Source of the DNA: Rubripirellula sp.
GTDB lineage: Bacteria; Planctomycetota; Planctomycetia; Pirellulales; Pirellulaceae
DNA length: 61,767 nucleotides
Assembly: GCA_016779185.1 (NCBI GenBank)
Contig: JADHOA010000001.1
Coordinates: forward strand, 1-61,767
Direction: 5' to 3'
Shown here: one piece after another, positions 51,114 through 61,521 of the stretch
Layout of the letters: the number at the start of each line of letters is the position of its first letter
Numbering within the stretch: position 1 is the stretch's first letter
Position numbers and translations under genes: made by a program
The notes under the pieces: model-generated
The model's input: the letters and a program-made list of their open reading frames with translations, nothing else
Databases searched by the model: none
What the model was told of the DNA's origin: nothing

Positions 51114-52481
51114 GTGACTTCGACCAATCTTTCTCGCAGACTTTCTTCCCATGAAGAAGGATTTCAAGATTTAGACTCCCCAGCGAGAAAACAAGTCGTA
51201 AGCGGTGTAATTTTTCTCCCTGCTCCAATTCAACCAAGAGTTTTGTGGCATCGCATCAAGCAATTTGTTGAAAAAAACCCCCTATTTAAATCACGGATAA
51301 CCAATTGTTCCACACCGCACTGGGTGAACGATGAATCCTATAGCCTTGACAATCACTGTTCAGAATTTTCCTTTAACGATTACGCACAGCACCAAATTCT
51401 CACCTATGTAAGTCAAACCGCCTCAACCTGCCTCGATTCAGAACACCCACCTTGGCGGATAGCATTAATCACTTCCAAGAATAGCCAAACAAATCGTGAC
51501 TCCAATGCAATCGCAATTTGGGCACATCATTCCTTAATTGATGGGCTTCGCGGGATGGAGCTTTACGCAAGTCTGATTGACGAGAATACGATGGATCAAT
51601 CTGTGGAAACTAATCCGCTTGATTGTCAGCCATCCTCTGTAGTCAAAAGCCCATCGGTAATCAGTCCTCAGTGTTTTCGTCTTGCCGCCGCTGAAATGTT
51701 ACGTCGACCAAGCGCAAGCGTCTTTTCCGTTTCGACAAAGGCTTCTGCAGATCGATACGCAATGTCATTTGTATGGGAGCGAAAGTGCTTCCGACTAGCG
51801 AGAAGAGCAAATCGAGCCTCTTTTCAGGAAGTCCTTCTCGCAACATTCACCGATGCTTTTTCTCGATACTGCGGATCAGAAGAATCACAATACGGCGTTC
51901 GAGCAATTATTCCCGTCGCAAAGCCCGACACTCACGCTACATCGAATTCAACAAATCGACACAGCATCGGGTATTGCACGCTGCCCACGAATCAACCGAT
52001 TCATAATCGATACGATTCAATCCGCAAAAGCTTGGAAACGATTCGTTCCGAGCAAGAGTACAACGTCTTTCCCACACTACTAAGTTTTTTAAGATACCTA
52101 CCGAATCGCCTAAGAAAAAAATTGACCTATCAACTCGCTAGTCGAGCAGAAACTCTCATCAGTCTGATACCAGGCAAGAGATCTTGGGGACACATCGATG
52201 GCGTGCCAGTAACTTCCCTTTTTGCACAACCCGCAATACCTCCGGGGCACTCGCTTACGATTGGAATCACAGTAAACCGCGAAAAGGTTTTTGTAACGGC
52301 CCAACTCGATCCAAAATGCATCCGAGATCCTATGAAGCTACGAGTTTGCTTTGAACAAGCTTATCGAGAGATGAACTGCGTACAGTCATCTCATCCACAA
52401 GCATTGCAAAAACAGGAGTCAGCAATACAAAAATTTTTAGGGATTCTTTTAAAAAAACAACAGCATCGATACGCAACTTAA
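51114..52481 (+). CDS. Wax ester synthase/diacylglycerol acyltransferase (WS/DGAT) family protein
   Basis: N-terminal RLS, PHWV.DE, LD...PPW, and catalytic HHSLIDG (HHxxxDG). Confidence 0.75.
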   Translation: MTSTNLSRRLSSHEEGFQDLDSPARKQVVSGVIFLPAPIQPRVLWHRIKQFVEKNPLFKSRITNCSTPHWVNDESYSLDNHCSEFSFNDYAQHQILTYVSQTASTCLDSEHPPWRIALITSKNSQTNRDSNAIAIWAHHSLIDGLRGMELYASLIDENTMDQSVETNPLDCQPSSVVKSPSVISPQCFRLAAAEMLRRPSASVFSVSTKASADRYAMSFVWERKCFRLARRANRASFQEVLLATFTDAFSRYCGSEESQYGVRAIIPVAKPDTHATSNSTNRHSIGYCTLPTNQPIHNRYDSIRKSLETIRSEQEYNVFPTLLSFLRYLPNRLRKKLTYQLASRAETLISLIPGKRSWGHIDGVPVTSLFAQPAIPPGHSLTIGITVNREKVFVTAQLDPKCIRDPMKLRVCFEQAYREMNCVQSSHPQALQKQESAIQKFLGILLKKQQHRYAT

Positions 52482-52548
52482 GTCTTCCCCCTTTTCCTAA
52501 ACGGACGAGGTATTGCGCGACGATCGTTGGAACTTGCCAGTGTCTTTC

Positions 52549-54314
52549 TTAAGGATAATAAGCGGAGATCGGCTGATTCGATTTCGGTCCATTTAGAATT
52601 GGATCGTGGACAAACATCATTCGCATGTCCTCGTGTTCCACTGTGTGGCAGTGAAAAACAAATGGACCCTTAAAAGTGCGAAATCTCATAAAGATTTCAG
52701 CTTCGACATTAGGTCCAAGCATAACATTGCCAGATTTATATCTCCACGGTTCGGGTGGCACTTGCCCGTCGATCCTCTGGATCTGATGGCCCTCTAAATG
52801 AATGTGGATAGGATGCCACCATCCACCCGCCCCATTGCGAAGTATCCAGCGTTCAGCGGAACCAACACGCGGACATGCGTTTGCTTTAAATTCGTCAAAA
52901 AACTCTTGATTGATTTGCCACGCGCCTTTTCTACGATGGAATTCAAAAACACGAGTTACTTCAATCTCATTCTCTTGAATCACGTGATGTGGTCGAAGGG
53001 GATCACCCGCCTTAACGGTGCAGTGATTCGATATCGAATTTTCGTCGACCACAAATTTAACAATGGTTTCCCCTGGAATCTGCGTTTCCCTATCAAACAG
53101 TTTTCCCTTTGGACCGCGTCCGTCTTCCTGAACCAAAATATTTTCCAGAAAAAACTCTAACGGAGCGTCTGTCAAATCGATGATCACATCGGCCCGACTT
53201 CCCGGTGCTAGGAACACAGTGTCCTGTTCGATAGCGTGTGGCAACAGCCAACTATCGTTTCCGATAGAAAGGAATGGTTGTCCTGTACTCAAGCGAAGCT
53301 CGATATGCCTCGCATTAGAACCATTCAAAAGTCGCAATCGATATCGACCGCGTTTCAGTGAAGCACGCGGATACGCTTTCCCATTAACAACGTAAACATC
53401 GCCTAAGTAACCGTTGTGATCGAGAGGATCAAAGTAGAAAGTACCATCGGAATTAAACGTACGATCAGCAATCACTATTGGGAGTTCAAACTCTTCGGAT
53501 GGCAGGACATTTGCATCGATTAGCCGCTGCTCGAGATCATCCACTTGCAGGTAAAATCCTGCTAAGCCCTGAATCACGTGCTCAGCCGTGACATCCATCG
53601 CGTGATCGTGGTACCACATCGTTGATTGTGCATCGCTAAAATCTGGTACGCCATCCAAATATGGAACGGTATTCGGATAAAAATAATCGCGTGCCCGCCC
53701 CGGTAGGATATAGAAATTTGGGTACCCATCGGAGTGAGACGGGTTATGACCTCCGTGCTGGTGAATTGAACATGCTGCTTCAATTTCGTTGTGAACTCGA
53801 ATCACCGCCGGTTCGCCGCTGCGAAACTTGAATGTTGGACCGGGGAATAAGCCATCGTACGCATAGGTCGGAGTTAAAACCCCTGGAATAACCTCTGCTT
53901 GAGAGTGCTGAATCTTCAGGTCAAAGTATTGCTCCGGATACTTTTCGAAAAAAGTTAAACTAGGATCTTCGACGACCCTTCGGTCAAAATACTCCGGAGC
54001 AACCCCGTGGAAGCAACTTCAAACGGGGCATTTTCTTTACCGATCGCTAACGGGCGTTTAATTGGCGGGATAGGAAGAGGCTGAGTGAACTTCTCAAATT
54101 TGAAAGGCGTCCTCTTTGTGGCTCTTGGGCTTTTTCCTAAATTTTTATTAATGACGGATGCTTCTCCCCGACTCGGGGAGTCTGATCTATCAAGCCGCTT
54201 TGAACTACGGCTTTTTGTTCTCTTAACCGCGTCTTCCGCTAATGCTGCAGTAATCAACGCCCCCCCTGACGCAGCCGCTAACGCAACGGCTTTCCGCCGT
54301 GACATGATGCCCAT
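52549..54314 (-). pseudogene. Tat-exported multicopper oxidase (CotA/bilirubin oxidase-like), split by a frameshift near 54015
   Basis: The 53955-54314 ORF has Tat SRRKAV and FTQPLPIPP. The -1 frame from 54018 reads SCFHGVAPEYF...EVIPGVLTPTYAYDGLFPGPTF and continues into the 52549-53805 ORF with HQH, WYHDH, HPIHIH and HCHTVEHED.M. Confidence 0.8.
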
Positions 54315-54560
54315 AAGTCAATCCAAACTGAACGAAAGATCGGCTCGCCCCCGAGCAACACATACTTCGTGCTTCCGAAATAGTAGTTAAGTATTCGCAG
54401 GGGAGAATTACGATCTTAGGGATTTTTTGCGGAAATCCCAAATTGCCGATTTTCCGAAAGATTCCGTTTTCGCGTCCTCCTTTAATTTTCGTTGGTTTTT
54501 ACAAAATCCAATGACTGACAGGCGGTTCTTTATAACGAAATCACCGAGCACCATGGTTAA

Positions 54561-55577
54561 ATGATCGATACACCGATGAAGCAACGACGCCGTTTTCTTG
54601 TAAGCCTCTTATTTTTTTTGTTGGCGAGTTTCATCACCTTCTTCGTGATTGGATCAAACGCTTTCTTCTACATTTCTTTCCAAAGATTTGGAAGGCTCGC
54701 CAATTTCCAACTCGATCATTGCTCCACTGACGGCATTCAACATCGACAAATTCAAATCATCGGACACCGAGGATCTGCCCAAAAATCGACGACTCCAAAT
54801 CTAGTAATAGGCAACACCCAGCGTTCAATCACCTCCGCCATCAAGGCAAACGTCAACTGGATCGAAATCGATGTCAGAAGAACGCGCGATGGAAAGCTCG
54901 TTTTATTTCACGATGATTCACTCAACAAGAAAACTTTTAACCTTGAAGGAAAAGTTGAATCGAAGAGCTGGAACGAATTGCAAAAAGGAAAGCTTAAAGT
55001 TGCAGATATTCGAGATCAAACGATTCTATCCCTTAAAAACACCCTGAGTCATTTTCACGCTCTTAACCCAAACTTGAAATGGATCCTCGACGTAAAGCTG
55101 GATAACGATCGAGGCGATACAGACAAACAAAATACCGTCAAAAAAGCCACTGAGTTAATTCAACAAGAAGCGGCTTTGATTAAAGAAGATGTGGTGAGCA
55201 TCCTAAGATCGGTCGGCATTCCCAAAAGTCATATCATTATCTTTGGCGATACCGAAGTAATTACAGCCTTCCAAGGCACTGGGTTCCAACTTGGCTACAC
55301 CACCATCTTAAAACGCCATAAAGACTTTCTTGTTTCTCGTAATCGGATAATTCAATTCGCTAAACACGACCAGTGCAAACTCTTGGTAATACCAATCTTA
55401 TTCGTCACTCATTCGTTCGTTGAATTGGCAAATGAAGAAGGAGTTACAGTGTGGAGCTATGATTCTGATGACCTGAATGATTTGAAATACTGTATTGCAT
55501 GTGGTGTTGAAGGTTTAATCGTGGATCATCCAAATCAGACGATTCCGACATTAAGAAGGCTGCTTACGGCGATTTAG
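54561..55577 (+). CDS. Glycerophosphodiester phosphodiesterase family protein
   Basis: IIGHRG, NT, WIEIDVRRTRDGKLVLFHD, LDVK, GVEGLIVDHP. N-terminal TM helix. Confidence 0.88.
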   Translation: MIDTPMKQRRRFLVSLLFFLLASFITFFVIGSNAFFYISFQRFGRLANFQLDHCSTDGIQHRQIQIIGHRGSAQKSTTPNLVIGNTQRSITSAIKANVNWIEIDVRRTRDGKLVLFHDDSLNKKTFNLEGKVESKSWNELQKGKLKVADIRDQTILSLKNTLSHFHALNPNLKWILDVKLDNDRGDTDKQNTVKKATELIQQEAALIKEDVVSILRSVGIPKSHIIIFGDTEVITAFQGTGFQLGYTTILKRHKDFLVSRNRIIQFAKHDQCKLLVIPILFVTHSFVELANEEGVTVWSYDSDDLNDLKYCIACGVEGLIVDHPNQTIPTLRRLLTAI

Positions 55578-55687
55578 ACTGGCGATGATCAATACGAACA
55601 TTTTGGTCTGCTTGGTTGGCCATAGGCCGTATGGTTGAATTCCGTTTCGGAGTCGCGTCCAGAAAATGGCTAACAATACAATTAGCC

Positions 55688-55708
55688 GTTTCATTGATTG
55701 AAACGGTC
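55688..55708. terminator. Hairpin between convergent genes
   Basis: CCGTTTCA-TTGAT-TGAAACGG at the 3' end of the 55707-56228 gene, with no clear U-tract. Confidence 0.35.
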
Positions 55709-56228
55709 ACCTTTTGTCAAGTAAGGTAAGCGATAGTTGCACGTGTAATTGCATTTGAGCAAGGGTCACGCGAAGACAAAACCGCTGGCGATAGTAGACG
55801 CGAGTTGATTGCTCATCTGAAATCAATACCCATTGCAACTGCTCGATCCCGGAAAAAAATACTCGCAGTTGCTCCGATTGCGTCTCTATCGTTCCATCGA
55901 GAATATAGACCCAGCAGGAAAGTGCTTGGTGATTGTGAAATTCTTGCAACCCTGTTTGCCAAATAGCGTTAGCTATTTCAGCAAATCGTTCCGCATCTCT
56001 GCGACCGCTTGCCCAAGGGCTTATCCATTCAGTGAATAGACCCACAAGAATACCACCGACAATTGCCATCGCCATCCAAATGAGGTGAATTCGATCATCA
56101 GAAAAAATGATTGCCCCTGAAACGATAAATCCGACGATCCCTCCACCCAGTCCCGATCGCTTCCATCTCAATTGCGCATCAAAAGCGTTTTGTTCGATTA
56201 TCTGATTGAATCGTTCAAGCTTCATCAT
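55707..56228 (-). CDS. Hypothetical membrane protein
   Basis: 173-aa ORF with two Gly-rich TM helices near the N-terminus, filling a gap between genes. Confidence 0.6.
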   Translation of the reverse strand: MMKLERFNQIIEQNAFDAQLRWKRSGLGGGIVGFIVSGAIIFSDDRIHLIWMAMAIVGGILVGLFTEWISPWASGRRDAERFAEIANAIWQTGLQEFHNHQALSCWVYILDGTIETQSEQLRVFFSGIEQLQWVLISDEQSTRVYYRQRFCLRVTLAQMQLHVQLSLTLLDKR

Positions 56229-56595
56229 TTCTTACCGGCATTCGCCTTTGAGCGTCATGAATTTTTATTGATATCTCCGCTACCCACTGTATCTAAAACA
56301 TCTCCATGATTAGCTTTCCGATGTTGAATGTAGAGATCGCTCGGCTCCTATTTAATAAGTAGCTTCGCTGTTGACTAAAAACAACAGATAGAACCAGTCG
56401 CATTATATTTGATGGAAGCAAAAACTTTCTTGGCACTTCGATAGAGCGATGCATAGCATTTCAAGCCGAATCAATCCTAAGACGGCCAAACTTCTCGCAA
56501 CAACTGTTGATGATTGGTCGGGAACAGGTATGAGACTGCTATTTTTCGGGTATAACCTCAATCTGTTGGCGAAGTGTGTTTGAGGATCAACCTGA

Positions 56596-57615
56596 ATGAA
56601 TAATACGAATCCGCTAAGTCGGTGGTTATACGCTTTAGTATTTCTGCCTTGCATGTTTCTATTTGGTTGTAAATCCGAAGAAACAACCAATGGGCGTTTG
56701 ATGCTGCGAATGGCGCATGTCTACGAGGTGTCCGCACCAACTCATGCTTACGGAACCGCGTTTCTATCTGAACGAGTTCGCCAAAAAACAAATGATTTAG
56801 ATGTCACTGTTTACCCCGCCGCTCAATTGGGTAGCGAATCAGAAATATTGGAACAATTGGTCGCCGGAGAATTGGATCTTGCAATTACCGGACCATCCTT
56901 TCTTGCCATGTGGTATCCACCGGTTGGGGTGCTGGATGCTGCATACGCCTCTCGCGATCTTGATCATATGCTTGAGATGGCTGGGAGCAAAGAAATGGCT
57001 CCGGAGTGGGACGAGCTCCGCAAACGCTATGATGCACGCGTCTTAGATACCTGGGCATATGGATCGCGACACGTCACTTCGAATGTACCCATACGACATC
57101 CAAAAGATTTAGATGGTTTACGATTGAGATCCCCAGCGGCTCGGATTTTTCAGGCCTCGGCCGAGGCACTAGGAGCCAGCCCGATGCCTATTGCATTCAG
57201 CGAAGTCTATCTGGCTCTTCAGCAAGGAATTGCAGACGGCCAAGAAAACCCAGTACCTGTCATCAAATCGATGGGATTCCAAGAGGTTCAAAAGTACTTA
57301 AATCTAACCGGGCACATACAGTCCTCATTACAAATCCTAGTCAATGAAAGAACTTGGAATCGCCTCAATCACGATCAACAAAATGGGCTCCTTGAATCGA
57401 TACAGGAGCTGGGCAACGAAGTTCACAAAGGATTGATAACGGACGAAACAAAATTGATAGAGGAATGGAAAAAAGATGGCACCATGGAAATCGTGGAAGA
57501 TGTTGATGTCGATGCCTTCCGTGAGCGATGCCGCGATTTTTTCTCCGAAGGTTTTGAGTTTAGTGATGTCTATAACCGAATCACAGCACAACCGACAGCA
57601 GAGAATAAGCCATGA
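56596..57615 (+). CDS. dctP: TRAP transporter substrate-binding protein (DctP family), lipoprotein
   Basis: Lipobox LFGC, VYPAAQLGSE, GSRH, DLDGLRLR, FSEVYLALQQGIADGQENP. Confidence 0.93.
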   Translation: MNNTNPLSRWLYALVFLPCMFLFGCKSEETTNGRLMLRMAHVYEVSAPTHAYGTAFLSERVRQKTNDLDVTVYPAAQLGSESEILEQLVAGELDLAITGPSFLAMWYPPVGVLDAAYASRDLDHMLEMAGSKEMAPEWDELRKRYDARVLDTWAYGSRHVTSNVPIRHPKDLDGLRLRSPAARIFQASAEALGASPMPIAFSEVYLALQQGIADGQENPVPVIKSMGFQEVQKYLNLTGHIQSSLQILVNERTWNRLNHDQQNGLLESIQELGNEVHKGLITDETKLIEEWKKDGTMEIVEDVDVDAFRERCRDFFSEGFEFSDVYNRITAQPTAENKP

Positions 57616-58250
57616 ACTCAGTAACTGATACAAGGACTTCAAAAAATTCTCTAGCTCCCAATCATTCCGATGATGACAATAGTCAACCACGCGAGTGTCA
57701 GAACAATAGCCCGCTACCTTTGGCGGGTTTCGTGCGCTGGTTAGTTATCGGCGAAAAACTCTTCGCTGCCTTTTTTCTCCTAACCATTGTTTGCACCATG
57801 GCCGCTCAGGTCATTGCGAGATACGTCTTCGGTACTCCGTTTCAGTGGAGCGAAGAAGTTGCGAGACTAGCATTGATTTGGATGACATTCATATCAGCTG
57901 CCTTTGTGATGGCGGAAAGCCGTCACATCGCTGTAGATATGATTTCATCTTGGTTTGGCGATAGAGGAAAGCTGCTCATCGACTGCACTAGCTACCTTGT
58001 CATCACGACTTCTTGCCTGCTCTTGTTCATCGGCGGAATGAATTTTGTTTGGTACGTCGGTAAAGTTGGCTCCCCAGCGCTAGGTATACCCAAAAGTTGG
58101 TGGTATGGAGCTGGCATGGTAGGGCTATTGCTAATGGCAGTGCATTCATTAATCAATCTTAATCAAGTATTGTTAACGGGCAAACCAATTCCGCGTGATC
58201 ACCAAGTCGAGGAAGAAGCTTTCCAACTTGAAATGGAGCAAAGCGAATGA
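57612..58250 (+). CDS. dctQ: TRAP transporter small permease
   Basis: QVIARY, WSEEVAR, HIAVD, SPALGIP. ATGA overlap with dctP. Confidence 0.92.
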   Translation: MNSVTDTRTSKNSLAPNHSDDDNSQPRECQNNSPLPLAGFVRWLVIGEKLFAAFFLLTIVCTMAAQVIARYVFGTPFQWSEEVARLALIWMTFISAAFVMAESRHIAVDMISSWFGDRGKLLIDCTSYLVITTSCLLLFIGGMNFVWYVGKVGSPALGIPKSWWYGAGMVGLLLMAVHSLINLNQVLLTGKPIPRDHQVEEEAFQLEMEQSE

Positions 58251-59524
58251 TTCTCATCCTACTGATCATTGCAATGCTACTACTGTTGCTGCTACGAGTA
58301 CCAGTCGCCATTAGTATGTTACTGCCATGTCTGTCTTACGTGGCTTGGTCGCCCGACATCACACTAGGTGTTGCGCTCCAGCAAACCGTTGGATCAGTCG
58401 ATTCATTTCCACTTCTTGCCGTTCCTCTCTTCATCATGACAGGTTACCTAAGCAATGCTGCAGGCTTGGCAGATCGCCTCTTTCGCACGTTGCTGGCTCT
58501 GTTTAGGGGTATTCCCGGTAGCCTTGGATTTGTGAACGTGTTCAGCAGTTTGATGTTTTCTTGGATGAGTGGAGCAGCCATTGCCGATGCTGCTGGACTA
58601 GGAGCTGTCCTTGTTCCGGCAATGAAAAAACGTGGTTACGATGAAAAGTTTGCACTGGGTTTGACCGGCGCTTCCTCGCTGATTGGGCCAATGATGCCGC
58701 CTAGTATTCCGGCAATTGTGTATGCCGTATCGGCTGGTGTTTCTGTCGGCGCATTGTTTTTTGCGGGAGTTATCCCTGCGTTGGTCTTAACTGCCATACT
58801 TTGCATCTTTGTTTACCGTGATGCGGAACGCAATCCTGTCCGTAAGGAAACCAACCTACAAAAACTTCCGATCGCCGAAGCGATTACATCCTCTTTACCA
58901 GTTCTACTAACGCCAATAATTATCCTTGGCGGAATCCTAGGTGGAATCTTTACTCCTACCGAAGCTGCTGCTGCTGCTGTGATGTGGGTGTTGATCTTAA
59001 GCGGTTTTTACAGATCTCTATCGCTTAAATCGTTTCGTTCCGTCTTGATCAAGACAACAACAACAACGGGCTCGATTATGTTGATTGTTGCGGCGGCAGG
59101 ACTATTTGGATGGGTCATTGCTCGTGAACAAGGACCTCAAGCTGTGACGGCCGCGATGTTACAGCTAACCGATAATCCCGTGGTATTTCTGTTGCTAATC
59201 AACGTTGCACTGCTGATTACAGGAATGATTCTTGAACCAGTTGCAGGCCTTCTAATCACCGTCCCGGTTTTACTTCCTGCTGCGATTGAATTTGGAATCG
59301 ACCCTCTGCATCTTGGAATCGTAATGATTCTAAACCTCGTTCTCGGGCTGTTGACACCACCGGTGGGACTCGTGCTTTACGTACTGAGCAGTGTCACTGG
59401 TAGCTCGGTGCAAACCGTGACTCGTGGAACTCTTCCATTTCTAGTTCCATTGCTGATCACGCTGCTGATCATCACCTTTGTTCCAGCACTTAGTCTTTGG
59501 CTGCCAAGCTTTGTTGGCAAATAA
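58247..59524 (+). CDS. dctM: TRAP transporter large permease
   Basis: FPLLAVPLF, SGAAIAD, PPSI, FTPTEA, GIDPLHLG, GLLTPPVG. ATGA overlap with dctQ. Confidence 0.94.
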   Translation: MILILLIIAMLLLLLLRVPVAISMLLPCLSYVAWSPDITLGVALQQTVGSVDSFPLLAVPLFIMTGYLSNAAGLADRLFRTLLALFRGIPGSLGFVNVFSSLMFSWMSGAAIADAAGLGAVLVPAMKKRGYDEKFALGLTGASSLIGPMMPPSIPAIVYAVSAGVSVGALFFAGVIPALVLTAILCIFVYRDAERNPVRKETNLQKLPIAEAITSSLPVLLTPIIILGGILGGIFTPTEAAAAAVMWVLILSGFYRSLSLKSFRSVLIKTTTTTGSIMLIVAAAGLFGWVIAREQGPQAVTAAMLQLTDNPVVFLLLINVALLITGMILEPVAGLLITVPVLLPAAIEFGIDPLHLGIVMILNLVLGLLTPPVGLVLYVLSSVTGSSVQTVTRGTLPFLVPLLITLLIITFVPALSLWLPSFVGK

Positions 59525-59580
59525 ACTTCCAATTTTTTTGTTACATTTAAAAACTCGACGAGATCGATCACTCGAAAGCT

Positions 59581-60339
59581 ATGTTAAGTGCGACCGAAAT
59601 AGAGCAGTATCATCAAGATGGTTTTGTAACACCGAAATTTCGCCTAGACGCGCAATTAATTGATGATATCCGCGAAGCCCATTCACGTTTGGTTCAACGT
59701 TACCCCGAATTTTGTGATTACTGCTCGGCACTGCTCGCGTACGATCCTTGGTTCCTGACGGTAGCTCGACATCCAGAGATATTAGAGATGGTGGGACAGG
59801 TTCTTGGCGGCGATTTCGCATTATGGAATTCCAGCTTCTTTGCTAAACCAGCAAGAGTTGGAACGCGAACTCCGTGGCATCAAGATGGTGAGTACTGGCC
59901 TATCAGGCCGCTAGCCACCTGCACTGTCTGGATTGCGCTAGATGCATCCACAGCAGCCAATGGCTGCCTAAGGGTCATTCCTGGATCGCATAAAACAAAG
60001 CAGCTCGCGAAACACCATCATAGCGATGCTTCTAACATCGCTCTTCATCTTGAGCTGGATGAGAGTGAGTTTGACGAAACAAAAGCTGTCGACATCGTTC
60101 TCGAACCGGGAGAGATTTCACTTCACGATGTGTATCTGTATCACGGCTCAGAGCCCAATACTTCTGATCATTCTCGTCGAGGGATGACGCTACGATACAT
60201 GCCAACTTCGTCAGTTTATTACCACCTTGATGGATCGAAAACAGAAACCTCGGAGCGTTTGGATCTGTCAAATCGAACGCTTTACTTGATGCGAGGCACG
60301 GACGTATCGGGCCAGAATGATTTTCGGGTTCGTTATTAA
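59581..60339 (+). CDS. Phytanoyl-CoA dioxygenase (PhyH) family Fe(II)/2-oxoglutarate dioxygenase
   Basis: FFAKP, TPWHQD, VWIALD, NGCLRVIPGSH, HGS.PN.S...RRG. Confidence 0.92.
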   Translation: MLSATEIEQYHQDGFVTPKFRLDAQLIDDIREAHSRLVQRYPEFCDYCSALLAYDPWFLTVARHPEILEMVGQVLGGDFALWNSSFFAKPARVGTRTPWHQDGEYWPIRPLATCTVWIALDASTAANGCLRVIPGSHKTKQLAKHHHSDASNIALHLELDESEFDETKAVDIVLEPGEISLHDVYLYHGSEPNTSDHSRRGMTLRYMPTSSVYYHLDGSKTETSERLDLSNRTLYLMRGTDVSGQNDFRVRY

Positions 60340-60438
60340 AATAAGACTTAAGTCACAAATACTTCATCGTACAAACGATCGCCCAAGACTGAAGGCATAG
60401 GTTTCCCGTGCCGTCTTGAACGTCACCACGAACTTACT

Positions 60439-61521
60439 CTACTCAGCTTGTGTCAACAACTTGACCATTGACTGTCCCATTGCCTCACCTACGTTCATGT
60501 AGGTTTCGGCGTTTCCATTGTAGTGACCGCCAGAGCTGCCACCCTTGGATAACGGATAAGTGTAGACCGATGCGACGTTGCCTTTGAATTCGGGGTACTT
60601 CCCAGAGCTACCATCAACCGCAAGCATTGCATCGAGAATTTTTCCACCTCCATCGGTCGCACCTTTTTCGGTTTGCCCCAGAGAAGCACACACAAACTTC
60701 GCATCTGGTGCGTTGAACTCTTTGCGAAGCATCCGGATTAACTGAACCAGATTCTTCTCGTAGCGACTGGATAACGCCTCCGATCGACTATCTCGATCGC
60801 CTTGCCACCAAAGGAATCCTGCCACTTCATAATCTGTAGCGCCAGGGTAATACGTCCCGAGATTGTTCAAAACGTCTTTTGCTCGGGCAACATCACCTTC
60901 GTATTGCAAACCGGCGTACCATCCGATGGGTTGAGGAGTTTCACCCTTCTTCCATTTTTCAGGTGAACCTTTTGATCCGGGATGAACCCATGTTTCACCT
61001 TTACTGTCGGTGAATTCAAATCCTTCGCTTCCCGGGGGTAAAAGGTCCCAACCTAAAGCTCGATTGCCGATTGAACTCTTAAGAACCATCACCGGCTCAT
61101 CTAGAGCACTTCCAAGATGATGTCCTATTCCAATCTCGATCCCGATCTTTCCGCCCGAGATGGTAAGCCAATCGTTGCGCAATAGACGTGTCTTGCCCGG
61201 CCCGCCACTGCCCATTACTTGAACGTTACGCACATCCATCCGCGTTGTCCAATCTCCTCGATCATCTACTAGATAGGGATAACGCTGTTCTTTTTTCACA
61301 GCGTATTCTAGCGATCCCTCTTGGTCACCAACGACTTTTCCCATCTCGAGTGTATTGGACTGACCCATAATGATGAAAACTTTTACTTTCTTGCTCACGT
61401 CCGCCGGCTTGCCGTCAGGCCGGTCGAGTTGCGAAGAATCAAGGCTTACCTGCGCCATCAACACGGGAGTAACAACGACGGAAAGTAACAATGATAAGAA
61501 AAATGTAATTCGGTTTTTCAT
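60439..61521 (-). CDS. Sialate O-acetylesterase (SASA)/CE6-like SGNH esterase, exported
   Basis: Signal peptide, VKVFIIMGQSN, G.EIGIG, GFLWWQGD, GHY.GNAETY..VG..MG. Confidence 0.85.
   Translation of the reverse strand: MKNRITFFLSLLLSVVVTPVLMAQVSLDSSQLDRPDGKPADVSKKVKVFIIMGQSNTLEMGKVVGDQEGSLEYAVKKEQRYPYLVDDRGDWTTRMDVRNVQVMGSGGPGKTRLLRNDWLTISGGKIGIEIGIGHHLGSALDEPVMVLKSSIGNRALGWDLLPPGSEGFEFTDSKGETWVHPGSKGSPEKWKKGETPQPIGWYAGLQYEGDVARAKDVLNNLGTYYPGATDYEVAGFLWWQGDRDSRSEALSSRYEKNLVQLIRMLRKEFNAPDAKFVCASLGQTEKGATDGGGKILDAMLAVDGSSGKYPEFKGNVASVYTYPLSKGGSSGGHYNGNAETYMNVGEAMGQSMVKLLTQAE

Noticed and set aside
48069-56228. Genomic island or mobile element
   Set aside because: Gene content is patchy and parts look AT-richer, but no integrase, transposase, tRNA or flanking direct repeats were seen.
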